Assembly: GCA_015521295.1 (NCBI GenBank) | Contig: WAOL01000065.1 | Location: 1 to 57,499 of the forward strand | Length of the DNA: 57,499 bases | Source of the DNA: Desulfurococcales archaeon | GTDB taxonomy: Archaea > Thermoproteota > Thermoprotei_A > Sulfolobales > NBVN01 | Direction of reading: 5' to 3' | Part shown: positions 1 through 9,445 of the stretch, in pieces | Layout of the letters: the number at the start of each line of letters is the position of its first letter | How positions within the stretch are numbered: the stretch's first letter is position 1 | Position numbers and translations under genes: made by a program | The notes under the pieces: model-generated | Told to the model about the DNA's origin: nothing | What the model saw: the letters and a program-made list of their open reading frames with translations, nothing else | Databases searched by the model: none

Positions 1-302
1 CTTCGGAGTTCTACGAAGGCCATGATGTCTGCCGGTAACTCAACATACTCAAGCGTAGTGAGTAACACCTTCTCGTGGGGGTTTATGATGAAGGATTCAC
101 CTAACTCAATTTTGTAGAACTTTGAAAGGTCTGCATCAGGATCAGCTGTGTCAAGCACTTCGTCCGTAGAGGCTAGGCGCGCTATTTGGTTCCCAATCCT
201 AAGGTCAACACCATTCTCCCTCACTATAGCGTTGTCAAAGGGTTCTATCACTAATCTTTTGCTCTTAATATAGGCAAGTAAGTCGAAGTCCGACAGTATC
301 AT
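1..302 (-). CDS. dcd: dCTP deaminase (5' part; runs off window)
   Basis: Manual translation from ATG 302: MILSDFDLLAYIKSKRLVIEPFDNAIVRENGVDLRIG..., a typical Dcd N-terminus; ATGA overlap with the thyX stop. Confidence 0.9.
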   Translation of the reverse strand, partial: MILSDFDLLAYIKSKRLVIEPFDNAIVRENGVDLRIGNQIARLASTDEVLDTADPDADLSKFYKIELGESFIINPHEKVLLTTLEYVELPADIMAFVELR

Positions 303-937
303 TGTAGGGTCTCCCCGCAGACCTCCTCCACGAGTTCGGGCATTTCCGGTATTACTTTAGAGGCCTCCTCAACCATTCTCTTCACTAGTTCCCTTATTTC
401 CCACTGAGCTTCACTCCCAAGCCTTAGACAAGCTATATGTAAGAGTTCCCTAAGGTTAAGCGTCATGAGTATCCTGGTCTTGACGGCTTGAGGTAAAATG
501 TATCTAGCGTCCTCATACGGGATGCCTGAAGAGATAAGTTCATCGTAGAGGGCGTATGCCTCACTAATGAAATTCCTCACTTTCTTAGAGAGTGGGGACA
601 ACTCTATGGAACTAGGTATGACAGGCCCGTCACTTACCTTGGCGTATCTCTGGGATTCCTGAGTGTACGACGCTATTCTGTGTCTAACTAACTGATGCGA
701 CGTTACCCTAGATATGTCCTCTATGAGGAAAGTGAATACTATGTGTTCCTGAACTGACGGGAACTTAACGGATTGTAAGATCCAGTCCTTCACCTTACTC
801 TCAGGGTACTTCTCAAGGTAGTAGTCGGGATCCTTCTCACTAAGCTTCCCGCTCGAAATCTTGGCTGCCAGAACAATTAATCGCCTAGGGTCCTTCACCT
901 TCCCTCCAGACCAACTTATTAGCTTAACCTTAACCAA
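299..937 (-). CDS. thyX: FAD-dependent thymidylate synthase
   Basis: ThyX motif RHRxxSYTQESQRY, plus EH and EDARYILP motifs. Confidence 0.95.
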   Translation of the reverse strand: MVKVKLISWSGGKVKDPRRLIVLAAKISSGKLSEKDPDYYLEKYPESKVKDWILQSVKFPSVQEHIVFTFLIEDISRVTSHQLVRHRIASYTQESQRYAKVSDGPVIPSSIELSPLSKKVRNFISEAYALYDELISSGIPYEDARYILPQAVKTRILMTLNLRELLHIACLRLGSEAQWEIRELVKRMVEEASKVIPEMPELVEEVCGETLQ

Positions 938-1031
938 TCCTGCCCCTTAGGAGGGCTTCCTCTTCGTAATTTCTTATAAGCAGTGACGGGTATTGAAGGT
1001 ACGTAATTCACTAAACGAGAATACGGGTTAG

Positions 1032-1706
1032 CTACTCCCTGAAAAGTTGTGCGCACGTAGTCTCGTACTCCTTCCTAAGGTCACGCTTAACTACTGTTCC
1101 ACCTGGTTGTTCTTCCCTGAAGGTTACGGCGCTGAACCTAAGTAGCTCGGACTCGGCATCCAACCAACAGTCAGGCGGTAATCCGGCCTTAATGCACGTC
1201 TCGGAGAGGAAGGTCTCCTCATCCCAGCAGTACTCCACGGGAACCTCTGGTAGGAGGAGACCACTGTAGAAGCCTCTCCTTATTATTAACCCGTCCCTAC
1301 CTATAACAAAGCCCTTAACCCTATCCTTGCCTTGAAGCGTCACGACCTCTGGGTTTGAGAGTACGGAGACCTCGAAGACTATGTGCTGAAGCTCATAAGG
1401 CCTTACAGGAGGAAAGCGCGGATCCTCGGTTGCCGCCGCGATCGCGGCGTGAATCACGCTGTCAACCAACGGTTCTGCGGCCTTCACGTAACCTATGCAT
1501 CCACGCAGCTCCCTCTCGCCCGTCGGCATTATCTTTAGAAGGGTTACGAATGCAGCTCCCTTCCTTAGGAGGGCTTCCGGTGTTTCAGGAGGCCTTGAGG
1601 GTACTTTCCAGCTCTTAAGGTAGCTCGACACAGCGTCCCTAGCAAGCCTTACGAGGAACGCGCCCTCCTCTAGACTAAGCTCCTCCGGGTTTATGACTCC
1701 TTCCAT
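1032..1706 (-). CDS. AMMECR1-domain protein
   Basis: LRGCIG signature, DPRFPPV, GLLLPEV. Confidence 0.92.
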   Translation of the reverse strand: MEGVINPEELSLEEGAFLVRLARDAVSSYLKSWKVPSRPPETPEALLRKGAAFVTLLKIMPTGERELRGCIGYVKAAEPLVDSVIHAAIAAATEDPRFPPVRPYELQHIVFEVSVLSNPEVVTLQGKDRVKGFVIGRDGLIIRRGFYSGLLLPEVPVEYCWDEETFLSETCIKAGLPPDCWLDAESELLRFSAVTFREEQPGGTVVKRDLRKEYETTCAQLFRE

Positions 1707-2193
1707 CTTTCCTCACCCTCAGCTCTAGGAGTTTCCTGTTTGCTTTCTCTAAGACAGCGCTTATTGTTTTCCAGTGATTCCCCTGCCAGTAAACCCGCCT
1801 ACACCTTGGGCATAGCCAGAACTTATCATACTTTACGGCTACTTCCGGCTTCACCAAGGAGAGTGCTTCAGCCTTACTGATACTTACGAGCTTAACATTG
1901 CAGTGAGGGCACCTCGTTCTGGAGGCGCTGAATTCTAGGTCAATGCCTGACCGGAACGCTATCTCGGCAAGTATGTCCTCTATGGGTGCGTGCTCCACAA
2001 GTATCGCGTCAAGCTTCTTCCTGCGCGCTCTCCTGAAGAGACCTACGTCCCTCGTCAGTATTATCCGACCGTCCTTCTGAGCGATACGCAGGATTTCCCA
2101 GTCCTCGTAGTTGCGGGAATAAAGGGTATCGTACCCAAGTAGTCTAAGCCACCTAGCTACGTCGCCCAGCATTGAGTCACATATGAATCGCAT
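1675..2193 (-). CDS. Mut7-C RNase (PIN-like plus Zn ribbon) domain protein
   Basis: MRFICDSMLGxxARWLRLLGYDT, RCPxCN, CxxCxRVYWxGxHW; start placed at ATG 2193. Confidence 0.9.
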   Translation of the reverse strand: MRFICDSMLGDVARWLRLLGYDTLYSRNYEDWEILRIAQKDGRIILTRDVGLFRRARRKKLDAILVEHAPIEDILAEIAFRSGIDLEFSASRTRCPHCNVKLVSISKAEALSLVKPEVAVKYDKFWLCPRCRRVYWQGNHWKTISAVLEKANRKLLELRVRKDGRSHKPGGA

Positions 2194-2288
2194 GCCGCAA
2201 CATCGTATTGAGTACATGATTTAAAAGTAAATATTTGTAGCGGCAGAAGCTTATAAAGGCGCTCCAAATTAGTTGTGGGGTATAGGCG

Positions 2289-2591
2289 ATGAGTCAGGAG
2301 GAAATGAAGGTACTGGAACTAGGGGTAGGTATTGTATTAGGTTACCGTAGAGGTAGCAACACACAGTACCCTAGGCAGGTACTCATCAAGGTTATTGAGA
2401 GCATAAAGAAGCGCGTAGACAACCTAGTAGGCGCCAAGGTCCTAGTTAAGGATAAGTACGGTAACAAGTATATCGGCAAGATAATTAAGGTGCATGCACG
2501 CGGGAAGAACAACGTCGTCATAGCAGTGTTCAGGAGGAACCTGCCTGGGCAGACAATCGGGGCTGAGGCACTAATATACTATACAAGGTAA
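2289..2591 (+). CDS. rpl35ae: 50S ribosomal protein L35Ae
   Basis: GYRRGSNTQYP...GKIIKVH...F..NLPGQ. Confidence 0.9.
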   Translation: MSQEEMKVLELGVGIVLGYRRGSNTQYPRQVLIKVIESIKKRVDNLVGAKVLVKDKYGNKYIGKIIKVHARGKNNVVIAVFRRNLPGQTIGAEALIYYTR

Positions 2592-2631
2592 AGGGAACTT
2601 GAGCATTATCATCCAATTAAATCTCCCCCGT

Positions 2632-4443
2632 TCAGGTCTTCTCCTCAAGCTTCTTTAACTGGCGCTTGTACATTTCGAGAATCTCCTTAGTAGTGGTCGC
2701 TTCCTCAGGTCCCTTATCCGTTCTCCATCTTATGAATCTGGGGAAGCGTATTGAGATACCTACCCCCTTCCTTACAGCATCGCGGCAGCACGTGTGTATT
2801 GGTGATAATGTCAGCTCAGCACCTATGATTTCAGCCACGAAGTTAGGTACGAGCCACACATCAGGCTTCATTATTGACTCGACCCGCGGGTGTTTATGGG
2901 GTATTATGTAGTCCTTGAACATGTTAGTCATTTCCTCTAAGTCAGCGTCGGTGAAGCCGGTGCCGACCTTGCATACAGTTACGAACTTGTCGCGGTCAGG
3001 ATCGTATGCGGCCAGCAGTAATGTACCGTACTTACCTGCGCGCTTCCCCTTCCCAGCGAAGGCACCGACCACAACTAGGTCGACGGTATCTGTCATTTCG
3101 CTCTTGTAGTCACGCTTGTACTTTATCCATAGCCATCCACGCGACCCTGCTTGGTAAATGGCATTGCCGTGTATTGCCTTAACCATTACGCCCTCCGCAC
3201 CGTCCTCTATTGCTTTAAGGAAGAACTTCTCCAGCTCATCTACGTCATCAGTTACTATATGTTGGGCGATCCTGAATCGCTCGCCCTCATCAATTATGTT
3301 CGCTAGCACCTTCCTGCGTTCCAGTATTGATTTCAGTGTTAGGTCCTCACCTTCATTGTAGAGGGCGTCGAAGAGATACACAGCTACGGGATACTCACGC
3401 ACCGCCTCATGGATGTCATGCTTTCTCTTTCTGTGCATTAGCTCTTGGAAGGGCCGCATCTCACCCGTTTCAGGGTCTATGGCGACGATCTCGCCCTCGA
3501 TTATCGCCTCATTGCTCTTCACTCTCTCCTTAACCATCTCAACCACGTCTGGGTACTGGTGTGTTATGTTCTCTAACCTCCTCGAGAATATGATTACTGT
3601 GTCCCCCTTCTTGTGGATCTGCCCTCTCTCACCATCGTACTTATACTCAACTAGGGCCTTGCCGCCAACCTTGCTGAGGATCTCGTGCGGGTCGTTCAAA
3701 CGTTCAGCTAGCATGGGCCTTATCGGGATCCCGACCTCGGGCTTGATGTTCTTTAACGCGTCCACGCCCTTCTCCGCCAGTAGCTTCGCTATACCGCCTA
3801 AGTCCGCCCTTATGTTATAGGCACGCTCTATTACTGGCCTAAGAGCTTGGTTACCGGCGTACGCTATTGCTAAGGCATCCATTACTGTTGCATCCCCTAC
3901 ACCCAGTCTGAGCCTACCCTCAATCAACCTAACTAAGTACCTCGCCTCAAGCGGGTCAGCATCAGCGATTAAGCCAGCGATGAGGTTTATCTTAACATCC
4001 CGGCTCCCCTCGCCAGTGGCTAGAGCTACCCTAGTGAGCGTCTCGTAAACCTTCTCTACAGTTAATTCCTTCTTCGGTTGAGTTACGCCAAGGAACTTCG
4101 CTAACCCAACACCGCCTGCGCTAGCGGCTCTCCTCTTGAGTTCCTCCGCGACCTTACCTAGGTCTCCAAGTCTCTTGTACAGATTCTCTACTTCACTTTC
4201 ACGCGAGTGGGTCGCCTTAGCTATTGCCTTGATTAAGAACTTCTCACCCACACCTAGTTCTGGGAGCCCCTTCCAGTCGGGCCAGAGCTTACCCTGGATC
4301 AGGTAAATGACTTTGTCTATTACGTCCGGAGGCGTGTTACGGAATAAATCCACTAGGATCATGGTCATTTGAGTCCGGCTCGTTATTAACTCAAGCTTCC
4401 TGAAAGCCTCAACAAGTATCTTTAGATTCAATTCCTCACCCAT
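2632..4443 (-). CDS. lig: ATP-dependent DNA ligase
   Basis: Motif [32 protein letters not shown]. Confidence 0.98.
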   Translation of the reverse strand: MGEELNLKILVEAFRKLELITSRTQMTMILVDLFRNTPPDVIDKVIYLIQGKLWPDWKGLPELGVGEKFLIKAIAKATHSRESEVENLYKRLGDLGKVAEELKRRAASAGGVGLAKFLGVTQPKKELTVEKVYETLTRVALATGEGSRDVKINLIAGLIADADPLEARYLVRLIEGRLRLGVGDATVMDALAIAYAGNQALRPVIERAYNIRADLGGIAKLLAEKGVDALKNIKPEVGIPIRPMLAERLNDPHEILSKVGGKALVEYKYDGERGQIHKKGDTVIIFSRRLENITHQYPDVVEMVKERVKSNEAIIEGEIVAIDPETGEMRPFQELMHRKRKHDIHEAVREYPVAVYLFDALYNEGEDLTLKSILERRKVLANIIDEGERFRIAQHIVTDDVDELEKFFLKAIEDGAEGVMVKAIHGNAIYQAGSRGWLWIKYKRDYKSEMTDTVDLVVVGAFAGKGKRAGKYGTLLLAAYDPDRDKFVTVCKVGTGFTDADLEEMTNMFKDYIIPHKHPRVESIMKPDVWLVPNFVAEIIGAELTLSPIHTCCRDAVRKGVGISIRFPRFIRWRTDKGPEEATTTKEILEMYKRQLKKLEEKT

Positions 4444-4528
4444 TAAGGAGGTATGTTTGAGAGTACTTAAAACCGGTTTAGGGAATGGAGGTAGGTTTAA
4501 TTCTCCGGACGCAATGTACTTAACGCCG

Positions 4529-4580
4529 ATGACGAGAACCCGGCAAGAAGGTTACTGATGCCTGGTCAGTGTTACGCTGA
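4529..4580 (+). ncRNA. Box C/D guide sRNA (probable 23S H69/H71 targets)
   Basis: C ATGACGA 4529, C' CTGATGC 4555, D CTGA 4577; guides ACCCGGCAAG and GGTCAGTGTTAC are antisense to recalled conserved 23S segments CUUGCCGGGU and GUAAC(U)CUGACC; D' is degenerate. Confidence 0.7.
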
Positions 4581-4702
4581 GGTTCAAGGGCTGAGTCAAG
4601 TGTTTGGTGCAGTTTCTATTTCGTAGGTCTTTTAAAGGTCTTTGAAGGCTTCTTCTGAGGGTTATGTGGTGTGCTTATAAGTTGTTTTTCCTTAAACCTA
4701 TT

Positions 4703-4820
4703 GGTGACCCTTAGTTCCCGTTACTCGCTCCTCGGTCGGGCGGGGAGGGGCTAGGGGAAACCGTAATGGGCCAGCCTACGGAAACCTAAAAGACCGTAAG
4801 CGGGAACGGTTAAGGCGATC
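4703..4820 (+). ncRNA. Unassigned structured RNA (~118 nt, multi-stem, possible pseudoknot)
   Basis: Closing stem CCTTA-GTTCCCG-TTAC / GTAA-CGGGAAC-TAAGG, two internal hairpins, TTATAA box at 4675-4680. Confidence 0.55.
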
Positions 4821-4833
4821 ATGTAGTTTCTGA

Positions 4834-5295
4834 TTAGTGCTTGCCTCCGTGTAGTTCCTCCCACACGTACTCTAGTGCGAGTTCTAATTCCCTGTAGAAA
4901 CTGCGTTTAGGTACGCCCTTGATCTCTATGCTAGTTATGAAACCTCGCCTTTCATTCACCTCGTATGCCCTTATCTCGCCTTTCCGTTCTTTATCCTGTA
5001 GTAACTTGATTAAGAACGACTTAACGACAGGGTTGCTTGAAGGAATGGTCTCTGTAAACACTATCTTTACCCCGTCACCTGACTCAACAATGTCTGCCAC
5101 GACGTTACCGCCTACTGAAATGACCTTCACGGACGTAGGGCGGCTTCCGCGGGTGTGTTTGCGCTCCTCTGCCTCACTACTTCCCCCTTTAACTATGCGG
5201 AGAAGGGCTTCAAGTATCGTTAGCTCCCTACGTAGCTCCTCTATGCGTTTAGTTATGTATGATATAACTTCATCTCTTTCGGCTTCTTCAGACAC
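4834..5295 (-). CDS. Hypothetical protein (N-terminal coiled coil)
   Basis: 153-aa ORF with host-like composition; no family recognised. Confidence 0.7.
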   Translation of the reverse strand: MSEEAERDEVISYITKRIEELRRELTILEALLRIVKGGSSEAEERKHTRGSRPTSVKVISVGGNVVADIVESGDGVKIVFTETIPSSNPVVKSFLIKLLQDKERKGEIRAYEVNERRGFITSIEIKGVPKRSFYRELELALEYVWEELHGGKH

Positions 5296-5348
5296 CTGCG
5301 GTCTACCCCCTAATCATGTCATAATGTTACTAAGTGGTTCATTACTGT

Positions 5349-6020
5349 TTACTTCTTAAGAAAATCCAGTAATGACCTAGGCTTACCCTTTGCAGTGCCT
5401 CCCTCGACCCTAGTGAGGTTCTTCCGCGCTTCTGCTATTAGGCTAAAGTCCTTCTCCAGTGCTGGCCTTACCTTCGGGTTATACAGCGCGGCTGCCGGGT
5501 GGTATGTGGGGATAACCAGTACCTTCCCTATATCCTTTAACTCAAGTTCGTAGATCCTTCCTCGCATTCGTGATACGCCCCACCACCCGCGTCCCCCTAA
5601 CATTGAGAACACGTACCTGCCTGAGTGATTACCGAGGGTGATAATTATCTTAGGTTTAACTAGCTCTATTATTGCTTGAGTATGAATGGAGCACGCCTTA
5701 ATTTCCTCTTCCTTAGGGTCACGGTTATTGGGGGGTCTACACTTAACCACGTTAGTGATGAATACCTCTTCGCGCTTGAGACCTATGCTTTTCAGAAGAG
5801 TCTCCAGGAGCTTACCGGCCTGCCCTACAAAGGGGCGGCCGCTTAAGTCTTCCTGCCGTCCTGGTGCCTCGCCTATGAATAATACGTCGGCGTTTAGGTT
5901 CCCTTCACCAGGTACTGGCTTAGTGCGTGACTTGTGCAGTACGCATTTACTGCAATTCCGTATGGATTCTACAATGGTGCTCCATAGAGTTTCCTTGTCC
6001 TGCGTACTACCCCCAGTTAT
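5349..6020 (-). CDS. udg: Family-4 uracil-DNA glycosylase (4Fe-4S); start probably non-canonical ATA
   Basis: Frame is open upstream of the ORF-track GTG (5750) and encodes CSKCVLH...VPGEG...FIGEAPG..ED.SGRPFVG.AG; downstream KCRPPNNRDP, TYHPAAALY and C-terminal PIP-like RSLLDFL. Start coordinate is tentative. Confidence 0.93.
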   Translation of the reverse strand: MTGGSTQDKETLWSTIVESIRNCSKCVLHKSRTKPVPGEGNLNADVLFIGEAPGRQEDLSGRPFVGQAGKLLETLLKSIGLKREEVFITNVVKCRPPNNRDPKEEEIKACSIHTQAIIELVKPKIIITLGNHSGRYVFSMLGGRGWWGVSRMRGRIYELELKDIGKVLVIPTYHPAAALYNPKVRPALEKDFSLIAEARKNLTRVEGGTAKGKPRSLLDFLKK

Positions 6021-6070
6021 CCTTATCGTTGTATGGAGTAAAAATAACTGCTGAAGTCCAGCCCTAAACC

Positions 6071-6397
6071 TTACTTGGCCTTGGAGGCTGGAACAGCTAT
6101 TATCAAGGCCCTACTTTTATCGATCACCTTAACAACACCGTTCTCCGCTAGTAACCTTAGGACACGCCTAGCGAGGGATAACTTGATGTTTAACGTGGTT
6201 GCGAGCGTGTAAGGCGTGATTAGATCCATGCTTTCTACGGCTTTACTTGCTCTCCGAATTAATGATTCACTCAAATCATGGTAGGCTATGTAGCGCTCCT
6301 CTTTCTTCTTCTTAGCTGGTTGAGGTACTGCCTTTCTCCTTTTGTCTCTTGCTGATATTGGTTTCTTGGGTTTACCACCACCCACTTCCTTCACCAA
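6071..6397 (-). CDS. rps25e: 30S ribosomal protein S25e
   Basis: GGGKPKKPIS...ITPYTLA....IKLSLARRVLR.L. Confidence 0.9.
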   Translation of the reverse strand: MVKEVGGGKPKKPISARDKRRKAVPQPAKKKKEERYIAYHDLSESLIRRASKAVESMDLITPYTLATTLNIKLSLARRVLRLLAENGVVKVIDKSRALIIAVPASKAK

Positions 6398-6491
6398 GGC
6401 TTGGGTTATGGTTAAGCTATTAAGGTTTATCGGTCACGCGTCTCCGTTCTTTTAAGCTTATGCGTCCCGAGTGAATGTACGGTGTGTAACT

Positions 6492-6704
6492 GTGAGGCTG
6501 GTTACTGTGAAGATACCTGAACTATATCTTGAGGGTATAGATGAGCTGGTTAGACATGGGAGATACTCAAGTAGGTCTGAGGTCATAAGGACAGCGATTA
6601 GGGACCTTCTTCGGCGGGAGTTGTGGATGCCGGAAAGTGAGGCGTTCTATCGACCAAAGGCAGAATACGTGCATGGAGTGAAGCACATTTCCTTAACTCC
6701 CTGA
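6492..6704 (+). CDS. Ribbon-helix-helix (CopG/Arc/MetJ) regulator
   Basis: [35 protein letters not shown]; start placed at GTG 6492. Confidence 0.9.
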   Translation: MRLVTVKIPELYLEGIDELVRHGRYSSRSEVIRTAIRDLLRRELWMPESEAFYRPKAEYVHGVKHISLTP

Positions 6705-6773
6705 CATCCTTCATTCCTTACTTCCTCTCTCACCGCAATTATTTAACGATTTAAAGGTAAGGTAATAGTGGCT

Positions 6774-6822
6774 ATGAGGAGGGCTGGTATTTCTGACCGG
6801 TGAGGAGAGGCACCAGAACCGA
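6774..6822 (+). ncRNA. Box C/D guide sRNA (probable 16S helix-18 targets)
   Basis: C ATGAGGA, D' CTGA 6793, C' GTGAGGA 6800, D CCGA 6819; terminal stem TGGCT/AGCCA; guides antisense to 16S AAUACCAGCCC and UCUGGUG(U/C)C. Confidence 0.85.
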
Positions 6823-6825
6823 GCC

Positions 6826-7608
6826 ATTCGGGAAGGTGATTACGTACTGCTTTATGTGGATGAAAGGCGCTCGAAGATATTCAGAGTAAGGAAGGGAGAT
6901 ACTGTAGGGACGGACAAAGGCATCTTACATGTTGATGATGTGATAGGGAAGGAGTGGGGTAGCGAGGTAAGACTATCGACAGGAGCTAAGGCCTACCTCC
7001 TAAAGCCGACGCCCGTGGACTTCACCATGAGGGGCTTCAGGAGAGTCACGCAGGTAATCTATCCTAAGGACTCTTCACTCATGGTGACGCTCTCCGGCAT
7101 AAGGTACGGTAGTCGTGTGCTAGAGTCAGGTATCGGCACAGGTTTCCTGACAGCCATACTTGCCCATGTCGTAGGTGATGCAGGACATGTTTACGCGTAT
7201 GAAATCCGCGAGGAGTTCGCTAGGGTCGCACTAAGGAACCTTAGCATGATGGGATTGGCCGATAGAGTTACTGTGAAGGTAAGGGACGTTAAGCAAGGTA
7301 TTGATGAGGAGGGGCTTGACGCGGCGTTTCTGGACTTACCGGATCCTTGGGAAGTGTTGAAGTTATTGCCTGGCTCCCTTAAACCGTCCTCACCCGTGCT
7401 GGTGTTCGTGCCTTCAGTTAATCAAGTAATAAAGACTCTGGCATGGCTGAAGAAAGGGCCGTATGTGGATGTGAGGGTTTACGAGAACATACTTAGGGAG
7501 TACCAGCCCGTGCCTGAAGCGTTGAGACCGCAGACGATTTCAGTTACGCATACGGGTTACATAATATTTGCTCGCCTAATCCGTAAGACTGAGGACTTAC
7601 CTACGTGA
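6826..7608 (+). CDS. trmI: tRNA (adenine-N1)-methyltransferase TrmI; start probably ATT 6826
   Basis: TQVIYPKD, ESGIGTGFLT, LDLPDPW, HTGYI; conserved (I)REGDYVLL lies upstream of the first GTG (6856). Confidence 0.93.
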   Translation: MREGDYVLLYVDERRSKIFRVRKGDTVGTDKGILHVDDVIGKEWGSEVRLSTGAKAYLLKPTPVDFTMRGFRRVTQVIYPKDSSLMVTLSGIRYGSRVLESGIGTGFLTAILAHVVGDAGHVYAYEIREEFARVALRNLSMMGLADRVTVKVRDVKQGIDEEGLDAAFLDLPDPWEVLKLLPGSLKPSSPVLVFVPSVNQVIKTLAWLKKGPYVDVRVYENILREYQPVPEALRPQTISVTHTGYIIFARLIRKTEDLPT

Positions 7609-7652
7609 AAACGCTTTTATGTAGCGCCAAGTAAAGCTTTGCGGGATCCCGT

Positions 7653-8876
7653 GTGGGCAGAGGGGTAGGCATCAGGACCGTGGGGCTGGACCTACTCTTC
7701 ATGGGCGTTAACTTCAGCGCATTAACACTGTTCAGCACCTTAAAGGACTTCTTCGCAAGCGAGTACGGCATGACCCCGACCCAGCTTCAGTGGGCCGCGG
7801 CCGCCTACTCGATAGGGATCTTCGCGGCATTCTTCATAGGGCACTCGAAGTACGTGGAGGAGCACCCCAAAGCGACCGTGCTAGCGGCGGCGATTCTAGC
7901 GGCTATCCCTCAATTCTTGATACCGGTTTCCGGTTCTCCAGCAGCGGTTATAGCGTTACGTTTCCTGCAAGGCTTAGTGATGATGGCGGTACCCATATTC
8001 TCCTCCCAGGTAGGCACGTTATTCTCGCATGCTAGGCCCCTAGCACTCGGCATAATACTGTCCGGGATATTCATAGGGGGCTTTGTAGGGAGCAACGTCG
8101 GCTGGCAACTGGCTGTGGCGTACGGCTGGAGAACAGCCTACATGGTCTTCGGCCTAGCGATGCTGATCGTCGCTCTAATATGGATAGGCTTGACCTCACC
8201 GGAAACGTTGCCTAGACATGCACATAAAGTCGAGGTAAGTAGCGCGTCCAGGGGAAGCGTTTGGAGGAAACCATTTACCATAGTGTGGGGCTTCACGTTC
8301 TTCCCCTCAATATGGATAATATTCACGTTAGCCCCGCTCATAGCCTTCATAGTTACGGCATCCTTCGGTACGGAGCTAGCTAGGACCTCGTCCGAGACCC
8401 TCGAAGCCTCATACATGTTCTGGTCAATAACCGTAGGTGCCGTAGCATACCTAGTGTCGAGGAGAGGAAGCGGGAACCCACGTCAACTCTTCAAGTCGTT
8501 TGCCTACGTGCAGGCAGCATGCTTTGTATTCGCATTAATAGGGGCTCTTAGTGCGTATGCGGCGAGCATGTCCGGTAGCGCAGTAGCGTTGCTCGCCTCC
8601 CTTTTCATACTAGCGGTAATTCAAGGTACAGCACCGACGTTCTGGTCAATACCCTCGACAGCCTACCCTAGAGAGGAAGTAACTAGGGCAGGCTACGCTT
8701 TAGGGCTGATATCAAACTCTGCAGCAATGATAGGCCCCGTAGCGTCGATACTAGTGGCCTCACTATCCACGAGCATGTGGTTGCTGACGTCGTTCCTGTC
8801 GCTTATGGGGTTAGTGTTGACCCTTGCCGCGTTGAAGCTAAAATTACCTGTAGAGGAAGTGGGAGAGAATACCTAA
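7653..8876 (+). CDS. MFS transporter
   Basis: About 12 hydrophobic segments; LRFLQGL in the TM4 position. Confidence 0.88.
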   Translation: MGRGVGIRTVGLDLLFMGVNFSALTLFSTLKDFFASEYGMTPTQLQWAAAAYSIGIFAAFFIGHSKYVEEHPKATVLAAAILAAIPQFLIPVSGSPAAVIALRFLQGLVMMAVPIFSSQVGTLFSHARPLALGIILSGIFIGGFVGSNVGWQLAVAYGWRTAYMVFGLAMLIVALIWIGLTSPETLPRHAHKVEVSSASRGSVWRKPFTIVWGFTFFPSIWIIFTLAPLIAFIVTASFGTELARTSSETLEASYMFWSITVGAVAYLVSRRGSGNPRQLFKSFAYVQAACFVFALIGALSAYAASMSGSAVALLASLFILAVIQGTAPTFWSIPSTAYPREEVTRAGYALGLISNSAAMIGPVASILVASLSTSMWLLTSFLSLMGLVLTLAALKLKLPVEEVGENT

Positions 8877-8889
8877 TCTCTGATTCTCT

Positions 8890-9234
8890 TTATTTTTCCG
8901 GTTCCTTAGTGCTCCCCTTAACCCACTCAAGGTATTCTGGATTACCTAATGAGACACCCAATGCTAGGATCTCAGGCACACTGTATGGGTGTATTTCCTT
9001 GACATAATCCATCAGCTCTTGGAGTAAGTCCTGCCTCGTTTTACATATGAGTAGTGCTTCATCGTCTTCAACTACTTTACCTTCCCACCAATACAGTGAC
9101 TTTATGTCCCTGACTATGTTGACGCACGCAACTAGCTTGCGCTCAACTAGCTTCCTAGCAATGTCGTCTGCACTACGGGGTGGCACCGTAATGAGTACTA
9201 CGGCGTACTTACCCTTCTCTTCTGTATCTCTCAT
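8890..9234 (-). CDS. cutA: Divalent-cation tolerance protein CutA
   Basis: LVACVNI, SLYWWEGKV, HPYSVPEI. Confidence 0.95.
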   Translation of the reverse strand: MRDTEEKGKYAVVLITVPPRSADDIARKLVERKLVACVNIVRDIKSLYWWEGKVVEDDEALLICKTRQDLLQELMDYVKEIHPYSVPEILALGVSLGNPEYLEWVKGSTKEPEK

Positions 9235-9306
9235 AATTGCCCCCAGATTTCCTAGTTTCAGGGAGGATTCTTTAACTTGATTGAGGTATATCTTCCTGTT
9301 AGGAGA

Positions 9307-9361
9307 GTGATGAGCCCAGGCGGTACTGACTGGTACGGATGAAGAGATCAGCCTTGGCTGA
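9307..9361 (+). ncRNA. Box C/D guide sRNA (probable 16S ~880-905 targets)
   Basis: C GTGATGA, D' CTGA 9326, C' ATGAAGA 9339, D CTGA 9358; guides CCCAGGCGG and TCAGCCTTG antisense to 16S CCGCCUGGG and CAAGGCUGA. Confidence 0.9.
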
Positions 9362-9445
9362 GTAGCTGTTGTGAGATTGAAGAACGTAATGATAGTCGTG
9401 TTTTAAGGGTATTACCCTGAATATAGATGTTAGGGGGGAGGAGGT

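Noticed and set aside
4703..4820. Structured RNA as 5S rRNA, SRP RNA or RNase P RNA
   Set aside because: Lacks the 5S conserved loops, the SRP helix-8 motif and the RNase P GAGGAAAGUCC/P4 elements
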